64,000 nt of DNA from Takakia lepidozioides (lineage: Eukaryota; Plantae; Bryophyta), in assembly GCA_030704615.1 (NCBI GenBank), contig CM060731.1, forward strand, positions 75,640,001 to 75,704,000. Reading direction: 5' to 3'. Numbering within the stretch: the first letter of the stretch is position 1; each line of letters begins with the position of its first letter. The notes beneath the pieces were generated by a model. It worked only from the letters and a program-made list of their open reading frames with translations, was not told the DNA's origin and did not search any database. Position numbers and translations under genes: made by a program. This document shows positions 22,720 to 36,210 of the stretch, piece by piece.

Positions 22720-24919
22720 TTTTTAAGGCTGTATTTGGGTTCATGCTTTCTAAACAATGCCAGAGGGATGTGATGTGTATGTATGAACGTCACAACCGAC
22801 TTTGCCATTTTTACTAGTTGGTTCATTCATGATCTTTTTCCCAATCCTCCAAAAGGAGATCAAAGATATGAGCAGCACACCCTTGGTAATATAGATGGGG
22901 ATATCGTACCGTCAAAATATCGGCCATATTAACCATGTTAGATGCATTGTCCGTGCACACTTGGACAATTTTATCAGCTCCAATTTTATCGATGAAACTC
23001 GTCAACAACCCTGCTTGATAACGTGCATCTTTTCTCTCCCTGCTTGTATCAACGGATCCCAAAAATTGTTCCCCTGCAGGACAGACCAGCATGACATTGA
23101 ACAGTGGTCGATTAGTAGTGCTTCCATATTTACGGAGAGAATCACCTATCTTTTCATTCATTTTTTGGGTGAGGTCAAACATAGCCTCATCTAGCAATCC
23201 TGTGCGGAGATCGCGATAACTCGGAGGTGTATATGTGGACTTGGAATCAGACGTGGCTTTGACAACAGCCACAAACGCATAAAGCCTCGAGACATTGAAC
23301 AGAATATTGGCCTCGTAGAAAAATTGGGCCCACTTCTTATCCAGAGTCCTTCTGTGTGACAAATTTAAGTCTTCTTGCATTGATTGTTGCCTCAATGGTC
23401 TGGTCCGTACAAGTGCTGGCGTCCAATCGGGTGTTGCTCCTGACCCACCGGCTTCTCCACGAACGGCAGACGCCTCGCAAGAATCCCCCTGGGTACAACT
23501 CTGAGGGACATTTTGATTCGAACCTGGAATGTTTGGCTCAGAAGCCACGGCCACATCAAGAGACTGTGGGATATTTGCCTCCACATTGGGCAAAATGGGT
23601 TTTACTCGCATGGAGGCTTTTAGGCACAAACTAACCCCTGCATTCTTCCCATCTTTGTAGCCGAGGTGATATAATATGCGATCTTTGCGACCCGCCAGCT
23701 TCAATGCACAAAAATTGCATTGAACACCGTCTTTTTTGTGCAGGTCTACGGTGAACCAAGGGATCCACTCCTCCCTCATCCTCACACCCAGAACCCTAAC
23801 CATAGACTTAAGGTTGAACGAAGAACACTAGTATACTTGGTAGATTTGTCAAGAGCAATAGTAGTTAGAACAGAATGCGATGGCCCAACACTACGACATC
23901 AATCCAAGTGGATCAATGCACCATGTAGTAGTGTGCTTTTCGACAATTTGCTGCAGTGACTCTGGTAGAAGCTACAACAACAAACGGTCCGCACCCTCCT
24001 CTTGGGCTTACATTCTTGCTCAAGGTATAGAGAACATTCACTCGCCACAAAAGTGTTTGCCACAAAAGAAGTGAGGGGCATTGGGACTACCTTATATACT
24101 CTCCAGCCTCCAAGCCTCACACGCTCGACGAATCAGAATCCAATGCTGCGACCGTTCTAGGTCGCACGAGGAAGTCGCATGTTATTTTAAAAAAAAAACT
24201 GCTACAACCACCCTCATGCTGGTGGTCGCAGATATTAAAAAACAAAAAAATGTTGCGACCACCCTCCTGCTGGTGGTCGCATATATTTAAAAAAAGAAAA
24301 ATGTTGCGACCACCCCCATGCTTGTGGTCACAGAGATTATTTAAAAATAAATAAAAATTGCTGCGACCACCTTCCTGCTGGTGGTCGCACCTATTAAAAA
24401 AAATTGAAAATGCTGCAGCCATCCCCATGCTGTGGTCGCAGATATTAAAAAATAGAAAAATGTTGCTACCACCCCCCTGATGGTGGTCGCACTTATTACA
24501 AATAAAATAAAAATTGTGCGACCACCAGTAGCGGTGGTCACAACTTAAAAAATAAATAAAAAATACAACCACCCCTGTTGGTGGTCGCATCTATTTTTAA
24601 AAAACAAAAATGCTGCGACAACCCCTCTGCTGGTGGTCGCAACTATTAAAAAATAAGATAAATTTTGCGACCACCACCATTTGGAGGTCGCACCACTTTA
24701 ACAATAATGATTTTACAAATATTGGCGGATGGAGTAATTTATAAAACAATTCATTCACTTGCCAAGGTGTCGCCTGGAATACAACGTATCCACCTACGTG
24801 GTATATTTTTCACCTAACTCATGTTTTACTGATTTTTCGGCAAAACTGACGTGACGTTGGTCGCGTCAGCGTCAGGTCCGACGTGACGTGACGTGATGTC
24901 ACTGTCGTGTGCAACCCTG
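22720..24919 (-). mobile_element. hAT transposon 5' part: BED finger + DUF659-type transposase (ORF 22823-23803), cut off at the MULE-B end
   Basis: QCNFC..RILYHL..C; WAQFFYEANILFN, PPSY, QVCTDNASNM, CAAHIFDLLLED; terminus CAGGGTTGCACAC at 24919. Confidence 0.85.
24143..24695. repeat. hAT subterminal array of ~11 hairpins TGCGACCACC-Nx-GGTGGTCGCA with A-rich spacers
   Basis: Units at ~24146, 24200, 24254, 24305, 24363, 24414, 24464, 24517, 24564, 24614, 24666. Confidence 0.88.
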
Positions 24920-25872
24920 GTTTTGATTGCTCGAGCTTGTGGGTCAAGTTAGCAAGTCGAGATTCTTGGGCTTTGATGAGTACTTCAAAGCACTTGATCC
25001 GATTTGCGGTTGTGCATTCGTCCAGGCTTGCATCAAGGACGGATTGGGCCTCGGGGATCTCCTATTTGAAGTTTTGGATGACTCAGTCTAAAGGAGTTGG
25101 GTATGGAATTGCACTCGCAATTTTTGAAAGTATTTGGAAGTCTTTTCATGCTCATGCCTAAGACTTTTGAATTCCTTGATCGATGTATGCACGATTTCGA
25201 GGGCCTTTTTGTTTCCAAAGCACCGGCGTATAGAGCCTTCCATTTGACGACTGCGGGTATATGGTAAACGTGTCGGGTAAGCTAATTTAGGCCCGACTAC
25301 ACGGTTCCCCATATCATACGCCCGATGGTCGGAGATAAGGGACTTGGCTGATCCTCCCTCGAGTTCATCTTGAGCAATCAGAGGACTATGGGCATACGCA
25401 AGCCTCTACCGACTTAACCCTTCTTGTCGATGACCTTATCCGGTAATCCCTCCCATTCTTCCTTAGAGGTACGAACCTCATTTTGAAGGTGGGGCATATA
25501 AGTTTTCCAACTAGGGGTTGAGACTTCACCTTATGTTTGTGAGTGCCTTGAGCGCATGCTTGCCCAAAGTGAGCAAGATTTTTTATCGCAAGGAGAAGCA
25601 AACTTAAAAAAAGCTTACGGTTGGAGCGAAAGTGCCTCATTTTCCAATTAGATCAGAACCTTATCTCGTGAGGGCGGAAGTCATTGTATAATACATAATA
25701 ATCTTCCAGCATCCCTTTAGGCACGATAGGCACACTTTGTATGCATTCGTCTTGGTTTCCATTGCATTTGTATTTGGGTCCGAACCGGCCTCCTTTAAAA
25801 TGTACTCTGTTTTTTTCCAGTATTATTTCTACTTTTTGTTACCTTTGCAAGCCTTTGTTGACAACCCTAAAC
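24920..25872 (-). repeat. Unclassified dispersed repeat, copy 2
   Basis: Reverse complement of 1185-2040, also starting at TTTAGGGT. Confidence 0.75.
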
Positions 25873-26504
25873 ATGGTATTGTACACCTTCACTCGACACA
25901 ATACGGATGAGATATCCATAGATGAAGATGCACCAATGTACCTTCATCCATTGATATCGAAGCCATATGGTGCCCGATCGACGCGTGTGATACCATTTTG
26001 GAATTCTACTTCCGACTTCTATAGTGTGCTAAAATTCAAAATCCCCAAAAAATTCAATTGCAAAAATCAAGGTTTCCAAGTCAACCCTAAACCCAAACTT
26101 CGCATGCCCATATCTCTGTATCAGATTCCGACTACACCATTGGATTCACAGTCATAAAAAATGGGGGGCGGGGGGCTCTCCAATCAAAATCCCCCCCAAA
26201 AAAAGTCGAAACCCGATATGATACCCTTGTAACCCTAATCCCTCCCTAAACCTTCAACCGAAACAGGATGGGGGAGGTTGTGAGTTATTGCGCAGTGCCA
26301 AATTATTGCATCAGGTTCACATAGTGCATCACAAGTTCTGCTTTGGTTATTATTCCTCTGCTAATATTAACCATGCCCGTCTCTATAATACTTCTTAGGT
26401 AATTGTTTGGTAATTCAATTCTTTGTGAAAACGATAGCAAGCTGACTGCAGGCTGTGCATGTACATGGGAGAGCCATGTTGCTGCATACACGTACTCTTA
26501 TGTT

Positions 26505-28785
26505 TTAGTCTTACCAGTTTTTGGATGCACACAAAAGGGCACCTTAAGCAAGTGATTCATGTGCTTCGTCACTTGGAAGAGCAAAGCCAACGCCGCAATT
26601 CCAACCTCCGTACATACTTGGGAGTCTCTACTACCATGAAAAAATATGCATTCTGATTGAAAAAAACTCGTGTTCAAAGGTAGTCCATCATTGTTCATTT
26701 TAGCAATTCAAAATTGGGGCATGTACATTACACCGGGAGCCAGGATATAAGATGAAAGCACACTAGAGTGTTCTTTTGTTAATACTAACAGCCTTTAAGA
26801 ATATATCTCCAAGTCCAGTCTGGGGTAAGTATAGGAAAACACAATCTCTTGCACACATCGTCTCAAGGCTGGCCCCTGCTATACACCCAACATTGTCCAA
26901 GAGCATAATTCAGATTGTGTTTCATGAGACACCCCCCTCATGCAAGAAGATTTTGGATGCCTGAACTAGTCTCTGTGCACATTGCTTTAAGGGAAGGTAG
27001 CTTGACTCAGACACATCCAACTCAGATGTGAAATGGGAAGTCTACCTCTTGCTTAGACTCCAAGTTCTGTTTTAGTTGCCTCCATCGGGTCACATTGATT
27101 TCTTCTTTGGTAGCTGATTTGCGCATGCTTTCCTGCCACTTGTCGCGCATCTGGGCCCTAACAGCTTCACAATTGCAAGTGTAATTTATTTCAAAAGCTA
27201 ATCCAACACCTTACAACACAGGGTACACATGGATTTGGCAATGATGAGAAGTCCAAGGCACATCTACCGCCCCACAGAAATGGTTGCATTGCTCAAGAAC
27301 TCTTCCCTAAATTTTCCTAGAATAGATAACTCGCAACCTCTCGACAAAACTGGAAACATATTACACATGACTCTTCATGATTCCCTGAACTTGTTAGTTA
27401 AGAGTCAAGATTTTTGTTTGCTATACATTTCACTACCTTTTCACAGTTCTATGTATTTCCTACCCGAAATCTTTTGAGCTGATTGAATCAACATGAACCA
27501 TAGTGTAAGCAAGGCAGGTTTAAATGGATACATTCGTTTGGGACTAGCTCCAGTGCTTTCTCGTAGTGATCCTCTGGATTTAACAAGCTTTGATCTAACA
27601 GTATCTTCTCCTCGGAGAACATCTTGAGCACTTTTGTATATGCTCGCTTGCAAACACAAGGTGGAGTCTTCGGACATTAGCCTCACACTTTGTTAAATAG
27701 AGGGGCATGGATTGGTCCGTGAGAGATTGATAAGCTATATAAGTAGATGGAGGTGGAGGACTCGGTCAGGAGAGAAGACTCGGTCTGCTCCCAGGCTTGA
27801 ATTATGCTGTCATCTTAGTAGGCTGCAGCACCACTACACTCAATCAGTATACAGCTATAAACTGAGATATAGTGAAGAGACAAATCATCATCCTCACTGC
27901 TCCATGTCTGTAACGTAGACTTAAAAACCCAAGTTTACACCAAACAAATGATCCCATTTGTCCATTGGTTGTTCATCTTGTAAAAGTTATTCACTCCAGG
28001 AAAAACAACTATGTATTTGCCGACAAGTGCAGAAATTCAATGAAAGAATCATGTAACCTTAAGTGGACTGCTATGTTCATAGTTTCCCACAACTGAAGTA
28101 GCTACTGCTCAGTGATGGCTCCCCATACACTACAGACTTGACGTAAGAATCTTACATCAACATTGTAAACAGCCCCTATGTCAATCTTGTGAGGGCACTT
28201 GTCCCCTATGGCCACCTCCATCCCAGCAACATTGTGGAAGGACAAGTAACGCATATAGACGTCATGCTCCAAGGTGAACGAGAACTCCCTCCTCCTGAAA
28301 AAGGAGGGGTCGCACCCTGGATGCTTTTCATCTGTAGACCCCACACATGCAAAATTGCAGCCCCTTCTCTCCTGAGGACAAGCCATCTAAATCATTGCTT
28401 CAAATGTAAACGGTTGCTAAAAGTCACATCTCATAGTTATAGCAGCAAAGAAGTGAAAGTGCGACTTGTAACAGCTATAGTTCCCTTACTAAAGTCATCC
28501 GCTCCACTTCAAATTCCTACAGGTCTCCGTATATGTTATAAATAAATAAATAAAGAAACTTTGCTAAGTCCAGGGAAAGCTCAAAGAGCTAATACAAAAG
28601 AAAGTAGGGTACAAGACAAAATGCTGAACAAGGAGTCCAAATGCAGCCTCTCTAAGGTGGTAAACAAACAAAGAGAGATGACGAACTCCCGAGTCATTGA
28701 CAAAGACCACATTGTTTGGGAATTTACCTTGTCCATATGACAACCACTTGTGCATCTCTGCGTAAGGAAACAGCCTTCATGGTAG
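26505..28785 (-). pseudogene. PRIM1: DNA primase small subunit, disrupted multi-exon gene
   Basis: Exons RLFPYAEMHKWLSYG; RREFSFTLEHDVYMRYLSF..PHKIDIGAVYNVD; RW.QLK; RRCVQEIVFSYTYPRLDLE; VTKHMNHLLKVPFCVHPKTG; catalytic exon broken at ~27768. Confidence 0.88.
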
Positions 28786-28873
28786 CACATCAAACACGTG
28801 AGCTCAATCTACGGGCCTGGAATGCGAAGGTACGAAAACATGCGATTCGCATCAACTTCAACAATATCGTCTG

Positions 28874-31800
28874 TGTCGTGCACCTAAGCATCGTGCCACA
28901 ACATACATCGCTGTCCACCACACAATCTAAGCACACAATCCTAGAAAGCTATACCACAATGATAAGAGATGAGAAATGAGAGAAGTAGAAGACAATGAAA
29001 GCTCTCAAAGCATGAAGCAATCACATGAAGAACAAGCCCTAGTCCTTCCAAGTGAAATCCACTCTATCACATAAACTAAGTCAAGCCAAGGGCACCTTTG
29101 CTAAAGGAATCCACCCTACAAAGCCCTCAACACACTCCCTCTCAATACCTAGAGCTATGGAGGTGAGAGAAGCTCATGGAGGCTCAACTACAAGAAGATG
29201 AGCCTCCTCAACACTCAGAAGGGGAAAACCTATCTCCATGTCTCAAGTGAGGCTCGACACCTCACTTGGCATGTGAGACCAAATGAAGTCCCAACACACA
29301 AAATATAAATATAAATATCTAAAATGTCCTAGTAAACTAGAAGTAGGTAATTCTAGATAACCATGACTAAAACCATGACAGCTGTCGTGCACCACCTAAG
29401 CATCGTGCCACAACATACATCACTGTCCACCACAGAATCTAAGCACACAATCCTAGAAAGCTATACCACAATCGCCCCCCTAGCTGGTGGTTAGGTCCCT
29501 CTAACTCCAGATAGCTACAAGATGTAATAGCCACAGCCGTACTAAGTCCTCTATCACTGTCCCTATTGTACTCAAACTCTATAGTCCAAGAGGCCGGGTA
29601 CAAGAGCAACCCCATCGTTAGTTGCCGTCTTGCAATCTGTGAACTTGAGTCAGGATCTCGTGTGTTGGTCTCCTAGTAGCTTGGCCTTGCATTTCTTGCT
29701 AGCCTTCCATGGTTGTATCCACTCCCACTATCCAATGCAATGCGGACATAACCAATCCCCATCAGGAACCATCTCAAGAGTGGAGTCAAGCATCCCATAT
29801 GCCAACCTCTAGAGCATTGATCACACACCAGCATGTGGCTGCCCCTCTAGCAGACCCACACAACATGCACCTCAAACTTGCAGTACCACTGCCAGGTTTG
29901 GGTCAACCATTCCATCAGCATTTGGAAGGTGACATGGCGCGCAATTACGCACATGGTCCTTCCAAATCATGCCATCCCGACCCTCCAAGATCAGGACTCC
30001 TGAGGGCAACACCTCTCGAACCCTCAAAATAGTACGTCCTGCAGTCACATCCAAGGTCGTAGGAGCAGTCTGCTGCAGATAAACATAGTCACCAGGGTTG
30101 AATCTCCGAACCCCAGGACGATAGTCCCCACCACGTATGGTAGCATACCTCAACGTATCACGATGTTGTGCAATGGCAAGGTTCTCGAAAGCCATGGGCA
30201 TGACTTTCTTAAACAACTCTGCACGCTGCTCACATGCACGTGCCCACACGTCCAGATCGTCAGATTAAGAACTGTAGTAGCAGCTTCTCTGCGAATGGAT
30301 GCAGGCAAATCCGGCTCTCGGCCAAAGAGAAGAAAGTATGGTGAGAAGGAGGCAAGTGATGCTTGCTTGCTGAACCTGTAGCCCATGGCTAACCAGGGTA
30401 ACTGAAGGTCTCAATCTCCTAGGTGTCCCTTCTGCAAGCCATACTTGCGCAAACCCTCTTTACTGTCTGAACAACTCTCTCTGCCAAGCCATCGGCCTCA
30501 GGATGATCCCGAGAAGTGGTGCGGTGGTCTATCAAGGCCTTGTTACAAAAAGCCTGAAACTCCCCCAAGAACTCTCTCCCTTGGTCCGTGAGTACCTCAG
30601 CTGGAGCACCGAATCGGTTAAGCACACAATCCAAGAATGCATACGCAGCTCCCTCACTAGCTATATCAGGCAATGGAACCAATTCAATCCACTTGGAGAA
30701 GTGCTCCACCATCACCAACATGTACTTGTGTGGGCGCATGGTCAGTGGCAACGGGCGAAGTCAAGACTCCACCTGTAGCCAATCCCATGATCGGAAGAGG
30801 GGTGCAATTGTGGAGTAGGGGCGTTGAATGAAGCACGCACCCTGTCACACACCATGCACCTAGCCACAAATTGTTGCACCTCTGTGTGCATACCACGCCA
30901 CCAATATTGCCCCTGCAGTAGACTATGAGTGCGTCGCACCCCAAAATGCCCAAACTCCTTATGGGCATGCCGCACTAACCGTGCCCGCTGTGTTGGGTGA
31001 GGTACAATCCTCACTCGACCATCAACACTCGGAGTAGGTGTGTCCCCTCCCACTTGAACCTCTTGGCTCATTGTAGGATCCGATCCCTCTCCTTGGCAGT
31101 CACAGTGGATGCAGTGTCTCCAGTGCGGAGGTAGTCCAACACAACTGAATCCTCATGTATATCTTTGGCGCCACCTTGCTCATTGCTGGCCTCAGGGTCC
31201 TCAGACACTTGATCTACAGTCATCCCTGTTGCAGGTCCAACCTTGCCTTCCGTTGCCAAGATACACAGAAATGCAGATGCATGCCATCCGGGCACCATCT
31301 CCTCGTCCGTCTCACCATGCCACCGAGCTCCAGTGTCATCCTGTTGGCTCGTGCATGGATTGCGACTCAACCCATCTGCATTGCGATTGACCAAACCCGG
31401 TCGATGCACCACCTGAAAGTCATACTCTTGAAGGATGAGTGTCCACCGTGCAAGTTTCCCCGTAAGCTTGTCTGACTCCATCAACCACTTGAGTGGTTGG
31501 TGATCCGTGACAAGGGTGAAGAGATTGCCATATAGATAGCACCTGAAGTGTGCCACGGCCCACACTGCAGCTAAGCATTCTCCCTCATATGAGCTATACT
31601 TAGACTCTGCAACGTTGTTCGAGCGGCTAGCATAAGCCACTACGGACTCTCTTCCCTCATCATCCACCTGTGTGAGCACCGCTCCAAGCCCCAGCATGCT
31701 CCAATCTGTATGCAGCTGAAAAGGACGCCCCCTGATAGGTCGTCTCAAGATGGGCGCCGAGGTCAACCTCGCCTTGAGCTCTTGAAAAGCTTGTTCTTGC

Positions 31801-34800
31801 TCATCTTCCCACTGCCACTCCTGGTCCACCTTGGTCAGCTTGGTTAGAGCCTTTGCAATGGCACTAAATACCTTAACAAACCGTCTATAATAGTTTGCTA
31901 ACCCCATGAAAGCTCTAACTCGGCTCACATCCGTGGGGCGTGGAACCTGTGCAATGGACTCTACCTTAGTCTGTTGTACCCCCAATCCTCCAGGATATAT
32001 CATGTGACCCAGATACTCAATCTGGTTGTGGAAAAACTTGCACTTGTCCATGACTCTTTGAAACTCAGCAGGAGCGTTTTTAAGCCCAAATGGTAAGAAC
32101 CGCCACTGGTATAGGCAATCCTTCCCATGCTCATTGATCCCCCAGAATGCCGTCTTTTGCTTATCCGCCTCCTTGATCGGCAACTGGTGATATCCGGATC
32201 ATAAATCCAACGTGCTAAAGACCTTGGCATGCCCAATGGCATCAAAGATCTCCTCTGGTGTTGGCATGGCATACCTATCGGACTTGGTCTGACGATTTAC
32301 AGGCCGGTAATCACCGCACATACGTCTCTCCGTCCAATTGCCAAAGATATCCTTCTTGGCTGGCATCACTGTGGCTGAAGCATACTCTCCCCCAGATAGC
32401 TCCACCAAACCAGCCTCCCAAAGGTCCTGAGTTCTCATCTGAATCAAGGACCTCTCCATGTCACTGTATCTATAGGGTCTCCGAAAGATTGGCGTGTCAG
32501 TAGCCAATTCAATGCGAATCTCTTGACCCTCCAATGCTCCTAAGTCCTTCAAACTGAAGGCAAAGCAGTTCCTGTAAGCCCTCAAGAACCGCCGTATACG
32601 TCGTCTCTCTCCTCCGGTGACTATAGGTCCAACATCAGGCTCCCAGTTGTCCTCCGTGACTGCAACCTTGAGTCCAGCAGGCTTAGAGGTAGAGGACGCG
32701 TCCCGTGGTTGCTATGCCGCAACCTCTTGAGCAGTACTACCTGCCTGCTCAGTCAATGACAAGGCCTCATCCTACCCCATCATCTCATCCTTGAGGACCT
32801 CATCAACCCGAGAAGAATCCCCAACCTCATCCATCACAGCTGCCTTGGCTGCCAACTCCTTCTCAACCTCGAGCACCTCCCACGTGTGCCATGGATGCGG
32901 CCTGCACCTCGTGGTCCTCACCTGCTCGCCCCCACTCGCTGCTTGTACTGTCTCGGTAGGCAGGGAGACCATGAAGGGAAGTGTACTCCGTACTCTGCGC
33001 TGCTCAGCAGCTGATAATCCAGGTCAAGCAATTGAGATCCATTGCTTGCCCCAACACCTGACGACGTGATGCAGAAAGAGATGGCACCGCTGTGGTACCT
33101 GTGGTAAAACCCATCGCCCGCTCGCGCTCATCAGCATTGGGCTCCACTAATTGTTGCAACTGGCTATCCCACAAGAGGCCAGGTCCACCATCCCGGAAAG
33201 CATGGGATCCTGGGAAGTTGAGCAGTGTAGGTAATGCTGCTCGTGGTTGACCCACCCTGTTGACCACTGCCAAAGGCAAACGGTCATCGTGTCTCACACG
33301 TTGAGACTGCCTCCCTGTGTCCAAAATGCTATCCACTGTGAGGTGTGCTGGCCGCTGCACCCCATCAAATGCACGCTTGAGCAATGCGGGTGGCATCAAG
33401 TTAGTCCACCATAGCCGTGGATGATGAGCCCATGACCCCACTGCAGCTGCATCCAGCAACACTGCTGACCCAAGCCACGACCGGACTTGATGCACACTGG
33501 CCATCACCCTGGCCCGAGAATCACCCATTAGTGGCACATTCTCCAAGATGTATGCTGGAGATACAGCTTGATGAAGCTGCAAGTGGCGCAAAATCCGCAC
33601 CATCTCCCAAACAGACCCGTCCTCGAGTCTCGCAATCCATTGCCATGCCCGACTGATGAATGCCCTTGGCAGGGCCAACCTGCCACTACCAGAGCAATGG
33701 AGCCAACCTGCTCCAAATCCTGCCCCCCCAGCAACAAAATGTCTGCTGACAAGGCTTGTTGGTATCCACGAACTGCAGACACTGGCAGCAAATCAGGGTA
33801 CTGCTGTACCAACTGAGCAACATGGCGCAGTGAGACGCGTCGTGCAGTCTCATCCCTCTCCACATACAGGTAATGTTGAACTCGTACACCTGCCTGCAGT
33901 ACTGCAGCCAATCCAGTGCTGATCCCGCCAAACAAGTCCAGAAGGCATATGCCTTCATCCGGGCACTGCCACACAAGAGGTGTGGTGTCCAATGGCAACA
34001 ACTGAGGTGGTCCTGGTGCAATCACCGCACTATCCTCTTCTCCTGACGGTACGAAGGCCTCTACCCAGGCTTGTTGTACCCGTCCATCAGCAGCCTGCTG
34101 CAAATCCTTGCTCGTACCCCATAATGGAGTGTGAGCAACCATGGCAGGCAACTCCGCTGTACCATGCATGTCATCCTGCTCTGCTGGAGGTGGCACATCC
34201 TCTGCATGGGCATTGCCTTCCAGCAACTCTCCAGGCCAACTAACTGCAGCTGTAAAGGTGGCTAGTGTTGGCATCTTGCCCCGCTGGGCAGCCGCAATAC
34301 CCCCAATGACTGTCATAGGGAGCTGTGCACGACGACCATCCCCTGACTGCCATCCAGGCCTGTAGGATGTTGACTTCTCCCAAAAGTCCAGGGTGAAGCC
34401 CATGGGATATAACACTGCCCCACCAACAAGGACATCGTAAGAGACCACGTCTGTCACAATGGCCTTGGCTCGCATCACTGAGCCATCTACAGGATGATCT
34501 GGTTGTAGTCCAATGGCCAACTCACGCCGTGTCATGCCCCGAGCCTGCTCTGATTCTCCCATAGATGTCTGTATCTGGAAAGGACAAGGCTCCATATCCG
34601 CCTCCATGAGGCCCAAACCTGCAATAGCAGCTCTGCCCAACATCAGTGGCTGAGTTCCTGAGTCCAATAAGACCCGCAGTGGCCGGTACTTCTTGCCTGC
34701 CGGTCCACTCAAAGTGAAAATGCCTCCCTGGTTGTCTAACAAGACAACTCTAGGTGTCACCATGGCGTGCTCAAAGGCTGGCCTAGCTAGCAGCTCCGTC

Positions 34801-36210
34801 AATCTGGCAGCTTCAGCTTGCCATGGCGCAGCCGTGGCAGTCTTGACCCTCAAATCCGAGGATCCCTCTGCCACTACACCTTCCAGTAACTCCGCAGAAG
34901 ATGAAGTGACCTCCCCACTCTCGCAGAGTGTTGCTGCTAGTCTGAACACTGCAGCTGGTCTTACCCCCGGCATCGCAATCATGGTTGCCAAGAACAGTGG
35001 GGCTTGACACACAGAGGTGGCTGCCCCCAATAACACACCGGCTGCACTAGCCTTGGTAGAAGGTGTCAATGCTGCACGTGTAGCTCTCCCCAATGGCGTA
35101 GTAACCTCCGCCTCGGTAACAGTCGGGCGAGAACTAGGTGCCATGGATGGCGTCGACACTGTCTCCGCCAATGTGAATGACTGAGGAAGCCTCGCCTGAC
35201 GGCTTGCCTCTCCACGCTGTGGATCCAATTCCACCTCTGCACCTCGTGGCTCAGGAACTCGTGCTGCTCCTCGAGTCACGGCTGCAGCAGACCTGCACTA
35301 GTGGTAGTGCTGCTCCGCACATGAATCCCATGCCTCCCATATCTCCTCCCTCAGGAGCAAAAGGTGGACCATCCCGCCTGGGAGCCGGTACCACCTGAGC
35401 TGTAGCCATGGCAGCGAGCCTCTGCTCTAGCTGCTGAAGCCGGTTGGCCATGTCTTGGTCAACACCCTGACCTCCGCGTCCTTGGCCATGTTGAGCTTGC
35501 CCTTGGCCTGCACCTCGTGCCCGACCACCTCGTCCTCTCTGGGCTGGTCCACCTCGCCCCCGGCCACCATTGTTCCCTTGGAACTGGTCTGGGCGCAACT
35601 CAGGGTGCAAGTCATAACACTGGGCATCTCCATGCCCATACTTGCCACAATGCCCACACTGCAACTGTGCAGGCTGTGCTTGTGCCGGCCTTCTGCCACT
35701 CTCTGGGCAATCTCTCTTGACATGGGGTCCTCCACATGTCCAACATATCACCCCTGGTTGCTGTTGGCCTGCAAAAGATGCCACGGGCCTGCACCTGAGG
35801 TCCCTTGTAAGCTCCATGGAACTTGGGTTGGGCAACCTTGCCCCCCTGACCACGCTGTTGGGCAGTCCCTTGTACCTCTTGGCTGGCAGCTGCACCTCGT
35901 GCAGGCATATCCTTGTCAAATCCAATGGTAACAACTCGCTTCTCCACCATGTTGAGCTCAATCCACTCAGCCAGCAGAAACACATCCGCTAATGTGGGTT
36001 GGGCCGCTTGTAACAGGGTTGCATCCCGCACCCTTCTCTTGAGCTCATTGTCCAAAATTCCATACCAGAATTGGACTGCCTGAGCTTCAGTAACCCCTTG
36101 GGTCACACTTATCAAGCGCCTCATACGAGTGTAGGCCTCTCGCAAGCTCTCACTGGATTTGCGCTGGAAGTCTTGCAAACTTCGCAGCTTCTCTGTCCGT
36201 ACACCTTGAC
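28874..36210 (-). mobile_element. Ty3/Gypsy element, order gag-PR-DNMT-RT-RH-INT-PHD-PPT-terminal repeat; 5' end missing
   Basis: Gag and two CCHC knuckles (35251-36210), VLLDSG, RMCGDYR/FSTLDL/PFGLKNAP, HTDWS..TDHQPL, EHFSKW/TDQGREF/DGLAER, PHD ~29715-29870, PPT 29473-29481, A units 29383-29470 and 28874-28958. Confidence 0.93.
33010..33955 (-). pseudogene. DNMT3-like C5 cytosine methyltransferase domain within Pol
   Basis: Motif I LLDLFGGISTG, IV VVAGWPCQ, VI YILENV, VIII DAAAVGSWAHHPRLWWTN, IX-X ERERAMGF..RRQVLGQAM; in frame with the protease, one frameshift near 33610. Confidence 0.92.

Noticed and set aside
33010-33955. Bacterial restriction-modification MTase contamination
   Set aside because: The domain is in frame with a retroviral-type protease in two copies and has DNMT3-like motif spacing.
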